Translations under genes and position numbers: made by a program
Notes under the pieces: generated by a model
Databases searched by the model: none
Told to the model about the DNA's origin: nothing
What the model saw: the letters and a program-made list of their open reading frames with translations, nothing else
Shown: piece after piece, positions 42,846 to 54,840 of the stretch
How positions within the stretch are numbered: position 1 is the stretch's first letter
Layout of the letters: the number at the start of each line of letters is the position of its first letter
NCBI GenBank assembly: GCA_951406725.2
Contig: OX597823.1
Coordinates: forward strand, 89,280,001-89,344,000
Reading direction: 5' to 3'
DNA length: 64,000 nucleotides
DNA from: Octopus vulgaris
Taxonomy: Eukaryota

Positions 42846-43199
42846 CATCTTTTACTTCTTTCAGTCATGAAATACTGCGACCTTCCTGGTGTACCACCTT
42901 GAAGAATTTTAGTCGAATCGACCCCAGTACTTATTTCGTTTCGAGCTTGGTTGTTTTTCTGTGGGTTTCTTTAGCCGAACTGCTAAGTTACGAAGATGAA
43001 AACACATCAACACCGATTACCAAGCGGGAGACAAACACATACACAATAGCACACACGAGCCTCCTTCAGTTTTCTTCTATTAAATTCATTCATAGCGCTT
43101 TGGTCGACCAGACACTTGCCCAAGATGTCACGTAGTAGGACTGAAACCGGAACCATGAGGTTGGGAAACAAACTTCTTACCACACAGCCACACGTGCAC
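42846..43199 (-). mobile_element. SINE family A, diverged full-length copy
   Basis: TTTAGTCGAATCGACCCCAGTACTTATT, GCCGAACTGCTAAGTTAC, GACACTTGCCCAAGATG, CTTACCACACAGCCAC. Confidence 0.85.
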
Positions 43200-43211
43200 C
43201 TATACTCTAAA

Positions 43212-43275
<64 letters not shown>

Positions 43276-43424
43276 AGAGAGAGAAAGCAAAAGACAGATA
43301 GACACAGACCTAGGTCTTTCGTTTCCAATTTAATCGACATTGTATCAAAGGGATTGTTTATCTTGTTCGGAAGAACTAAACATAAAATTGTCCTTGGGGA
43401 GATAGTGTAATTAATGAAAGTGAT

Positions 43425-43486
<62 letters not shown>

Positions 43487-46248
43487 AAAAGGCTGCCAGC
43501 GAGGAAGCATTCAAATTTATTATATTACTCTGATGTAAAATGAAGATTTATAATCACATATATGTCCGTCAATAACCAATACAATAAAACGTTTTATTTT
43601 ACAAGCATAAAAGTTCAGGAAGTTATTATTCGAAATGTCTGGCTGAAGGACTCGTGTTATTCGTTGAAAGTAAGGTAGAGTGAAAAATAATGTTTAACTA
43701 TTACAAACTTGCATTTGGGTGACGACAGAGTGTCCTCTTGTTGCAACCTGTGCCATCACGTCAAGCATACGCTACAGTCATCCACAGTCTTCTAAATTAT
43801 CCTTAAATTGAGACAGTTACACACAATAAAGAAATAGTTTCGCACTACTTCATTAAGGTACAATTACAATATTCAGTCGTACAAGTGGTAGGCTTGCATT
43901 CATTATTTATAGCCCTCGCGGATTTATAGCATCGCTGCAATATTTCTAAGATTAGGCTTTCAAATTTTGAGGATCTTTTCAGTATGGCGCACAAATCTTT
44001 TAGTTAATTTTTTTTTTAACTAAATAGTTTGAAACTTTGTGTACTGGTGGAATTTCTCACCCAGAACACGATTTACTTTGAACATTTTTGACAAAATTTC
44101 GTACATTAGAAGTTATTTCTTGTTAAAGTCGTCGTAATTGGGTAATTTTAGCCAATCAATGCCGTGTATTCAGTTGAAGAAAGATACTACTGTTTGCGAT
44201 AGTAATCGAAGAGGAACAACTTCCGGGTCATCTCTACTAAATGTTATCAATCTGTTCTATTCGAATGTCAAGCGAAGACGATGACACCTTTATCTCTTCT
44301 TCCTTTCTAGTCAGAACCCTGCATTCCTTACTCTTTCCCTCCCTATTGGCGTGCCTGGAAGAAAACAAAGCATATTTGTTTTGTTTTACCTTCATGTTTT
44401 GATAATGTTATTTTTAATCTAATAAAGACTTTTATTTTGACGAAATGTACTTGTTGTTGTAAGATAAAATCATAACAATAACAATATGTTTCATAATTGT
44501 AAAATAAGGCATTTTGAAACTACATACACGTCAACAACAAAAAAAGCTAGCTGCGGGCTCGTAGCTCTATAGGGCTTTTAAACACTGGTGCGCTTTATGT
44601 GTGGATAAAACACCGATGTCGGGCAAATGTATAAATATGCAAATAACTACCAGAAACACCCGCCGTTGTCAGGGTTAAAGGCCTCTACATTGCCGTTCAA
44701 TCTGAAAGAAATATGTAATCATATCACGCCACAACCGTTTAATTAAATAGGGATGGAGAAAGATACATAGGACAATGTACTTCCCGATATCCAAAAAGAT
44801 GAGATGGTCGCAGACGGAACATCTTTGTTGCACCAAGGCTGACCTGGGGCTAAACAACAGGCAAACCGGATTCTAAACTTAAATAAGGCAGTTGTTTTCT
44901 TTTATAAGATAATGTATGTACAATAATGGCCGGTATGGACGTTGACACGTTGATTGGTTGGTTGGTTGGTTGGTTGGTCGGCTAGCTGGTTGGTTGATTG
45001 ACTGGTTTATTGATTTTTCCAGTCACTCTTTACATCGTATAGAGAGAAGAAAGGGAGAGAGAGAGTGCAGAATAGAGGTACAGAGAGTTAACATAGGAGG
45101 TGCAGGGTGAGTGTTATATAACTTTCTGAAAAATACACATTTTTTAATGAAATTTTCCAGAGATAGGTTTTTGATGAAGTAGATTGCGACAAGATTGATA
45201 AAGTTTAGGAAAAATAATAACATATTTATTGCAAATATAGAAATGAGAAAATTGTTTTATTAAATTCATTTTAAGATAAAACAGAATATGTTTTTCTTTT
45301 GAAAATTAGTATTCATTGCATCATTTTGTAGAAGCAACAAAATATTTCATAAAAACTAAAGTACAATTATTGTATGTACGACATATTTCCTGGTATTAAC
45401 CTTGGTAACAAAAGTATACTTCCAAAGTTACCTGTCTGTCAAATGACGGGTAATACTCTAGTTATACATATTTGCTAAGTTATTTTCTCAAGCAGTTATG
45501 TATGTAGTGTCATTAATCCAAGGAAGAGGACCCATAACTGGCTGTTGTAATAGTAATAATTGTTGTTGTTGATGTTGTTGCTGCTGCTGCTGCTGCCGCT
45601 GCTACTGCTGCTGCTGCCGCTGCTACTGCTGCTGCTACTGTTGTTTACTAATCTCAAGTCGTCCCTATTCGAGCAGACCTATAGCGAAATGCTTTTCAGC
45701 TATGAGCTATAACTATACCATCACTTTTGGTGGGGGGGGAGAATTATTTCTTTGTTTCTAGTTTATTTTTCAGACATTGTCGTACCATATATTCTCATGC
45801 ATTATAAAGAAATATATATTTTATATAAAGAAATACATATATTCTCATGCATAGAGCATGATTCTAAAGTAAATTTGGCTGCTATATCTAATAAGTTATG
45901 CTACTATATAGAAACAGAGTGGTTTCTTTGAGTGGTTTCTGAAAATGGAGCCAGGTATGCTAGTAGACTGTTATCAACAACCGGTATCAAGAACGACATT
46001 GTTTCGCTAATTCTTCAGAAAATACATGTAGTATGAGTTTTCTATGTATGGATGGATGGATGGATGGATGGATGGATGGATGAATGGATGGATGGATTGA
46101 TGGATGGATGGATGAATGGATGGATGGATGGATGAATGGATGGATGTGGGTATGTGTGTGACTGTGTGTCTATGTTAGGTATCTGTATTAAGTAATTCTA
46201 ATATCAATTTTTCTCTGATAGACATGTACATATATATATATATATATA

Positions 46249-47385
46249 CTAGCATTAAAGACCCGTCGTTGCCGGGTCATAGTGCTAGTGCATGTATATA
46301 TGTGTATATATATATGTGTACATATTACATGTACATCTATATATATAAACATCTACACATAAAATACAAAATACAAAGTTATATCTTGATATCGCTTGTG
46401 ATAACAATACTCAAAATACATAACAGACTGGAATTGTTAGCCCGTCTCTTGTAATTTCGATCAATTGTATTTTGTCCTCCCTCTTGTATAGAAGTGTGGC
46501 TACAATCCAGCCTACCTCTACTTCTGGTGGGGAGGACATTTTTAATTTTTTTCCGGGACGTCCTACGTCCCAGATATAGAGGTAAAAATAAAATATTTCC
46601 ACTTTGCAAGTTCGAGTCGAGTACTCCCTTGCACGCTCCGTTGACTCGAACCTTGCTTCTATTGTGGCGAATTTACCGCCTCTGATTAGATAACTTTCAC
46701 AGTCGACCAAGGCACTTTTCGAAGGTGCTTTCCTCCAGGTGTTCAAATCTTTTTTCTCTACATTGTATACTTTATAGACAATAGTCTTTTCTTTAATTTA
46801 ATTTTTTATTATCCATCTGGACTATTCCATTTCTGCACGCTAATTTTAATTTTAATTTATTCCCATTCATGTGAAACCACTTATTCAAGTTCAAGTCATT
46901 GATGAAATTTTATACCAATTGCTATTTTTACTTTTTTTTATGTTGCGATTATATTATACTTTAGTTTGATTTTAATTATTACTTACTACATATAATTCAA
47001 TTGTTATTATTATTTTTATTGTTAAAGTGAAAGTATCTGACATAAAATAGAGAAATGTTTTTGTTTCACTTTTAACGCGTAATACTGAAATAGTGGAGAA
47101 GATATGATATTGCTATGGACTCGCTCTAGGCAAGAAGTTGAACATTTTTTGCCCATGAAACTACATGGACCCTAAGTAAGGCATGTGTAAAATTTGAATG
47201 AAATTGGTTGTGTAGTTCTCAAGTTTTAGGGAATCGTAGTGGAGAAGATTTGATATTGATGTGGGCTCGCCCTAGGCAAAAAGTTAAATCTTTCTTGCCG
47301 ATGACACTCCCCGGACACTAAGTAAGACATGTGTAAAATTTGAATGAAATTGGTTGTGTAGTTCTCAAGTTTTAGGGAAACACTC

Positions 47386-47426
<41 letters not shown>

Positions 47427-47450
47427 TTCTCAGTTTTATATATATAAAGA
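46249..47450 (-). mobile_element. Non-autonomous Helitron, copy 2 (1.2 kb)
   Basis: Same termini as 20770-21502 (hairpin GACCCGGCAACGACGGGTC, CTAG|T); extra ~305-bp segment and two ~145-bp internal tandem units. Confidence 0.9.
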
Positions 47451-47727
47451 TATATATATATGATATCAATTATGCAACAGCAATAAATGTTTTGTTCCCG
47501 AGATAATGTGGACTGGTTGTCGCCATATATAAATCGAGATTGTCATAAAACATAAACCATAAATGCTTACTTGTTGTTTTCCATGACGGTGACATCCCTG
47601 AATTATCTCATCTCTAAACAGTGTTATTTTCCTGCGCAATAATGTTATATTTACTTAAGATTTACTTAAGATTTGAATAAGACTGAAATATATTAAACAT
47701 TATCTGATTCATTATTTTTAGGAATTT

Positions 47728-47880
47728 ACTTATTTCAGTCTTTGCATTGCAGCCATACTGGAGCACAATCTTGAAGAGTTTAATCGAACAACTCGACCAT
47801 TGTACTTACATGTTTGGTAACTCCTTGATCCCATATTATTTGTCGAACTGCTAAGTTATGGCGGTACCATTTGTCAAGCA
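47728..47880 (-). mobile_element. SINE family A, 3' portion
   Basis: TTTCAGTC...GCAGCCATACTGGAGCAC, GTCGAACTGCTAAGTTA. Confidence 0.65.
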
Positions 47881-47907
47881 AAATGCACACACACACATAT
47901 ATATACA

Positions 47908-47957
<50 letters not shown>

Positions 47958-48167
47958 TACACATACATATACATATATATGCATACAAGTATTATGTATA
48001 TCTATGTAAGTATAACTATTACAAGGAAAAGTTTGGCACTGAAAGTGTGATGAAGACAAGCAAACCGAAACTCCGAAGCCATTCTAAGCTCGTAAAAATC
48101 TATAAATATTACACTACTGTAGAGTATCGGGTAATCGTTTAGTTTAATATTAAATTGGGTTTTTTTA

Positions 48168-48567
48168 AGGCGCATGTGTGACTATGTGATAAGAATCTTA
48201 CTTCCCAACCACATGGTTCGGGGTTCAGTCCCATGGTCGTAACACTGGACAAGTGTCTTCTACTGCAGCCTCAGGCCGACCAAATCCTTGTGAGTGAATT
48301 TGGTAGAAACTGAAAGCGACCCGTTGCGTGTATTTGTGTGTGCGTGCCTTGGTGTTTGTGTTTATTCCCCGCTACTTTCGCTTGACAACCGGTGTTTGTG
48401 TGTTTAAGTCCCCATAACTTAGCGGCTTGGCAAAAGAGAATGATAGAATAAGCACCGGACTTTTAAAAAAAATAAGAACTAGAGTCGATACATTCGACTA
48501 AAATTTCTTCAAGGCGGTGCCGCAATATGGCCGCAGTTTAATGACTGAAACAAGTGAAAGATAAAAG
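48168..48567 (+). mobile_element. tRNA-derived SINE family A, full length
   Basis: Head with GGTTCAGTCCC B-box; tail GGCGGTGCCGCAATATGGCCGCAGTTTAATGACTGAAAC. Confidence 0.9.
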
Positions 48568-48752
48568 AAACCAACAATAATATATAGCGAGATAAATAAG
48601 TACGTACGCATGTGTGTATTTTTACGTGTGTGTATATATGCATATACATATATACACATTTATACATATATATATATATATAAATATATATACATATATA
48701 TATGCATATGCATACATATATATACGTTTATATATATGTTTATACACATATA

Positions 48753-48807
<55 letters not shown>

Positions 48808-48808
48808 G

Positions 48809-49516
48809 TGGGGGTGCAATGGCCCAGTGGTTAGGGCAGACGGCTAGCTGGGTGGATTCTCCGAACTTTCAGAACAAGAGAGAAGGGAGACACTGATGAT
48901 ATTTTGGAAGACATTGGTCCTCAGCCGCTTGGACTACTGCTTCCAACTATGATCACCACACCGTGTAAAGTTAACCGCAGAACTCGAAGCAATCCATCGA
49001 AGCTACACTAAGAACATCGCCTCAATGCAACATATCAGCTACTGGGAAAGACTGAAAGTATTAAAACTCTTCTCCCTGCAGCGAAGGCGGGAGAGATATG
49101 CAGTGATATACATGTGGAAAATTCTGGAGGGGCTTGTCCCAAATTTTGGCATTGAAAGTTACCCCCAACAGCAGAACGGGGCGCCACTGCATGGTGCCAA
49201 AGATCTCAACATCACCATCAAAATACAGGACCAGATACTGCAACAGCTTGGATTTCAGGGGACCACAGCTCTTCAATATCCTTCCTAAATGCCTGAGAGA
49301 CCAGCATGGTGTGGATGTGGGTTTCTTTAAAACTAAACTCGATCTCTTCTTGTCAGGGGTTCCAGATGAACCTACCTCTCGGCAGGAAATTCAGATGCGG
49401 CAGCGGCGTCGAACTACCTTCTTGACCAAATGCCACGTATTAGAAGTGGTTTCACATACTAGAGTAGCACAGTCAAAGGTGGTGCCCCGGCACGGCCGCA
49501 GCTTTCGGGCTGAAAC
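48809..49516 (+). mobile_element. 5'-truncated LINE 3' end fused to a SINE-B tRNA head
   Basis: [55 protein letters not shown]; preceded by GCAATGGCCCAGTGGTTAGGGCAG. Confidence 0.88.
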
Positions 49517-49559
49517 ATTTTAAAGGATATTTTTAAGGATTGATATACATATGTGTATG

Positions 49560-49600
<41 letters not shown>

Positions 49601-49734
49601 GTACACACACATATTTGTGTGTGTATATATATAAATATATAAACATATTTATTCATATATATATACATATATATATATTTATATATATACATATATTTAC
49701 ATATATTTATACATACATTTACACATATATATAT

Positions 49735-50140
49735 TTCTTTCTTTTACTTGTTTCAGTCATTTGACTGCGGCCATGCTGGAGCACCGCCTTTAGTCGAGCA
49801 AATCGACCCCGGGACTTATTCTTTGTAAGCCCAGTACTTATTCTATCGGTCTCTTTTGCCGAACCGCTAAGTGACGGGGACGTAAACACACCAGCATCGG
49901 TTGTCAAGCAATGCTAGGGGGACAAACACACAAACACACACACATACACACACATATATATATATATACATATATACGACAGGCTTCTTTCAGTTTCCGT
50001 CTACCAAATCCACTCACAAGGCATTGGTCGGCCCGGGGCTATAGCAGAAGACACTTGCCCAAGATGCCACGCAGTGGGACTGAACCCGGAGCCATGTGGT
50101 TGGTTAGCAAGCTACTTACCACACAGCCACTCCTGCGCCT
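49735..50140 (-). mobile_element. tRNA-derived SINE family A, full length, young-looking
   Basis: Minus strand A-box TGGCTGTGTGGTAAG, B-box GGTTCAGTCCC, CpG-rich, LINE-like 3' stem-loop. Confidence 0.93.
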
Positions 50141-50151
50141 ATACATATATA

Positions 50152-50205
<54 letters not shown>

Positions 50206-50294
50206 TATATACACATACATAAGTAGTTACACTTATATTTGTGTGTGTATAACTGAATGGTTGTGTGTGTGTTAGTGTGTGTGTGTGTGTGTCT

Positions 50295-50333
<39 letters not shown>

Positions 50334-50758
50334 TGTGTGTGCGTGTGCATACGGGTGCACGAGCGTTTGTGTGTGTGTGTGTGTTCAAAAGAAAATTCAT
50401 TCCTACGTTACTTCTTCCAAACGACGCCAGCCTGTCTGCTCTTCTTCCCTTTGGTAGGCTGCTATTTCTCACTATTAAAACGTTATCAAACAAGCATGGA
50501 AAGATAGCAAGTCACACGATCTAGTAATGCAGAATTTCTCCATTACAGATAGTTCCCCTAGGGACATACATATATTCTAATATTACGAACAGCATCGTAA
50601 CATATCTATAATAACCAACTGGTAGTGAACCCGTTTCTATGATCCATCGGATCATGGGGTCAACTCTGAAAGCCTTCGTGTGCTCATTCATATATTCATA
50701 TTATATGTATATATATTTGAACATAGATATACTTATATTTGTGTGCGCGTGTATATAG

Positions 50759-50850
<92 letters not shown>

Positions 50851-50904
50851 TGAGAGAGAAAGAGATATGTATACACATATGTATATGTATGTATAGACTA
50901 GGCG

Positions 50905-50936
<32 letters not shown>

Positions 50937-51187
50937 CTTATGCATGTGTGTGTGTGTGTGTGCGTGCCTCAGTATGTGTGCGTGTCCATCGTTGTAGATG
51001 TGTCTAGTTGCATGTGCTTGGAGTATATACATAATCGTGTTTATGCTCGCAGCAAACTGTCAGAGTTACAAAGAACGATTTACCGTATTTTTCCAGTTAC
51101 TTGCATTCCGAGTTCAAATCTTGGGCATGTCAGTTTTGCCTATTGTGTTTCCTTGATTGAAAAATTAATGTGTCAAAATAATCAAGT

Positions 51188-51225
<38 letters not shown>

Positions 51226-51637
51226 ACTCCGAAATGTATTGAACACTTACCAAAACAACTATAAAATGCCCATAGCACGAAAGTAAAAGCGTGAATACAA
51301 CAGGAGGGACTATCATCGATACGCTGCCAAATTACCAAAAAAATAAACTTGTTTGAAAAACAACATTACTATTGATATCATTTCTACATGTCCTTTTAAT
51401 TCACATCTTTGACAAGTTACAGAAACAATACATATACAGGTGATAGAATTCGAACCTATCCACCCACTTAAATAAGTAACCTCACTGCTTCAACAACAAC
51501 GTAACTAAATTGACAATAAATTCGAAATAACATTTTAAAAATGGTTAAATGACACAACACTAACGCAAATTAATACATTATAAAACTTTAGAATATTATA
51601 AATCAAAATTATTATATTTAAACATTATAAGTTCAAC

Positions 51638-51858
51638 AAAGGCGGCACACCAGTAGAATCGTTAGCACACCGAGTAAAATGCTTAGCAGCATTTCATCCA
51701 TCTTCGTGTTTTAAGTTCAAATTAAACTGATGTCGACTTTGCCTTTCGTCCCTTCGGGACGATAAAATGAGAACCAGTCGATCACTGGGGTCGATATAAA
51801 CGACTTATTCCCAACCTTAACTTGCTGGTTTTGCGCAAAAGTTTGTAAAGCAATATTA
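51638..51858 (+). mobile_element. SINE family C, full length
   Basis: AAGGCGGC...AGAATCGTTAGCAC...AAATGCTTAG...AGTTCAAAT...GTCGACTTTGCCTTTC...CACTGGGGTCGAT. Confidence 0.85.
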
Positions 51859-51921
51859 TTATAATAAAGCATTATAGTATCACAATTGAAAATAAACGCT
51901 TAACCTATTGTGTATGTATAA

Positions 51922-51971
<50 letters not shown>

Positions 51972-52334
51972 TATATAAGTATGCATGCGTACGTAGGTGT
52001 TTATGTGCATGTATGCCTACGAATGCGAATGCATTCATGTGCGAGCATGTATGGGGAAACTGTACATGTGCATGTATAAAAGCGTTGCTCTTGTGATAAG
52101 ATACAAAGCTGAATCAAAAGTTTCGAATTTTCACTCATGATTTTTGTCAACTTGTATAACCATGTTGCATTAATAATTTGATACAACTTGTCAAATCGGT
52201 GCTGAATTGTTTATTATTTCTTTTACAACTTTGATACTGAGAGATGGAGAAATTGTAACTGGAACCATGTAGTGTCTGTTTATGACTTTCAGTTACTGTA
52301 ACATTCAGCATTATCAAGTAGCTGCTATTTTATG

Positions 52335-53102
52335 ACTCTCCTTTGGCGAACCGCTAAGTTAGTTTATCGATCTCCTTTCGCGAACCCCTAAGTTATTTTC
52401 TCGAAATCCTTTGGCGAACCGCTAGGTAATTTTATCGATCTTCTATAGCGAACCGCTGAGTTATTTTATCGATCTTCTTTGGCGAACCGCTAACACATTT
52501 TATCGACCTCGCTTGGCGAACCGCTAGTTTATTTTATCGATTTTAATTGACGTACCGCTAAGTAATGTTATCGATCTCGATTGGCGAACCGCTAAGTTAT
52601 TTAATCATCACGTTTGGTGAACCGTTAAGTTGTTTTATCGATCAAGTTTGGCGAACCGCTAAGTTATTTTATTGAACACGTTTGGCGAAACGCTAAGATA
52701 TTTTATCGACCTTGTTTGGTGAACCGCTAATTTATTTTATCGATCTCCTTTGGCAAACCGCTGATGTTATTTTATCGATCTCCTTTGGCGAACCGCTAAG
52801 TTATTTTATCGATCACTTTGTCAAACCGATCTTCTTTTGTGAACCGCTAAATTGTTTTATCGATCGTTTTAGGCGACCCGCTAAGTTATTTAATCATCAC
52901 GTTTGGCGAACCGCTAAGTTATTTTATCGATTCTTTGGGCAAACCGCTAAGTTATTTTATCGATCTTGTTTGGTGAACCGCTCAGTCATTTTATCGATTA
53001 CGTTTGTGAAACCGCTAAGTTATTTTATTGAACTCCTTTGGCGAACTGCTAAGTTATTTTATCGATGACTTTTGGCGACTTGCTAAGTTATTTTCTCGAT
53101 CT
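52335..53102. repeat. 34-bp tandem array, ~22-23 diverged units, SINE-derived
   Basis: Consensus TTATTTTATCGATCTCCTTTGGCGAACCGCTAAG; GAACCGCTA recurs at 52348, 52382, 52416, 52450, 52484 and onward to ~53077. Confidence 0.95.
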
Positions 53103-53134
53103 TATTTCTTTCGCATATCACCCTGTCTTCCTCC

Positions 53135-53186
<52 letters not shown>

Positions 53187-53269
53187 TTCCTTCCCTCCAC
53201 ATTCTCTCTATCACGACGTTTAATAGCTTCGCCGTCTCTCTGTCACTCTTCTTGCCACCACCTCTCTCA

Positions 53270-54066
53270 CTGTACGTGTGTCCTGAAGCGCGATAGCATT
53301 GCTGGCATCTTTGGCACTGTGCAGTGCCGACCCGTTCTAGCATTGGTATAGCTTTCAATGACAAAATTTGGCACAATCCCTTCCAGAATCTTCCAGATGT
53401 ATACTGCATATCTCTCCCACCTTCGCTCCAGGGAGTAGAGTTAGCTTGCTTCAGCCTATCCCAGTAGCTGATCTGTATCAATGAGACGGTCGACTTGCTT
53501 TTCATCCTTTAGGGGTTGATAACTTAAGTACCAGTTTCGTACATCTAATCGACTGGCTCTCGTAAATCTAATCGACTGGCTCTCGTAAATCTAATCGACT
53601 GGCTCTCTCCTCCAAGAACTTTCGGGCCTTGTGCTTAGAGTAAAAAAGAATGAGACGATCTTCTTTGTGAAGCCTCGCAAGATTGCTTTAAGGTCCGCTG
53701 TTAATTTTACACTGGTGGGTGACCATAGCTGAGAGCAATAACCCAGGCGGATGAGGTTCTCAAGATCCATCTAGCCAGTCGTCTGCAATTTGTCTCGATC
53801 CTAGTAATGTGCACTTGGAGAGTGGTCCATCACACATGTCTATACCCAGGTCCCACACTGATTTAGGCTCTGGAATTATAATCCTCTGTGGGCCAGTGTA
53901 CCCCGTAGGTTTTATAATCAGTGTTTGGCGTTGGTAGCGCAGGGCTTGGAATATTCCAGCATTAAAGTACATATTATTGTCCTCAGCTCATCTGTAAATT
54001 GCATGTGTGCAATTATGACACCTCTTTCCAAGTGCACATTACCAGGATGGCGACAAAGCCAGTCGT
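53270..54066 (-). pseudogene. Decayed LINE 3' region, interrupted by a SINE
   Basis: YFNAGIFQALRYQ, GYTGPQRIIIPEPKSVWDLG, ISYWDRLKQ; closest to 59100-60000. Confidence 0.9.
53489..53648 (+). mobile_element. 5'-truncated SINE family C with 9-bp TSD
   Basis: AATGAGACG at 53480-53488 and 53649-53657; internal 23-bp unit repeated about 3 times. Confidence 0.9.
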
Positions 54067-54090
54067 TTGCACACACACACACACACACAC

Positions 54091-54141
<51 letters not shown>

Positions 54142-54152
54142 CACCTATATAC

Positions 54153-54183
<31 letters not shown>

Positions 54184-54402
54184 AAGGTTCAGTATATAGT
54201 AAAGAAAAAATAAGTGGAGAATCCAAAAACGAAGGCCCTTACGGCTCACATACACAAAACCGGAGGTCTTGACAATTAATTTGTCGTATTTACATACCGA
54301 AATTTACCGGTAAATAATTGTTGGTTACATGATAAACCACAGGAAAATTATTTACCATTTTTATTGAATTACCATGTGGATTCCTCATTCCATTACGATT
54401 AC

Positions 54403-54840
54403 GGGTGTATATGTGCGCACACGGGTGTGTATGCGCGCACACGGGTGTGTATGTTCTACCTGAGAGGTTCCTGCTGGCATGGAAAGGAAGGTGCAGGCTG
54501 CCGCTTTGCACATCGGGGACCCTGCCACAGAGACACGAGGCAGATGGACAAACCATCAACACAAAGAAAAGGGATGGACCACGCACCACCTGCCCCAAAG
54601 CGGAGGTACGCAGATGTTGTGCGCACCACAAACAGCCAACATGATGTTGTCGAAAGAGCAGCTGCTGAGCAACAATCTTTTTTGTGCATGGCACAAAAGA
54701 TTGTACAGCAGCTGACCTGGCTTCATCAAACCCAAGCCCGCAGGTGGGACTACCCACTATATACCAGACCACCACAGCAAACAGACACAGGATGGACACC
54801 GCCGGCAACAACGTACACCTCACCTCGATACTCCTACTGA
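54403..54840 (+). pseudogene. C-terminal remnant of LINE ORF1 with a CCCH zinc finger
   Basis: CMFYLRGSCWHGKEGAGCRFAH = C-x7-C-x8-C-x3-H; frame open to TGA at 54840, overlapping the start of ORF2. Confidence 0.65.

Noticed and set aside
50622-50665. Hammerhead-like motif (ATGATCC/GGATCAT stem before GAAAC); similar weak ones near 28220-28247 and 48046-48075
   Set aside because: CUGANGA box or stems too degenerate to call.
52335-53102. CRISPR array
   Set aside because: Units are contiguous with no unique spacers, no cas genes, eukaryotic context, and the unit matches a local SINE.
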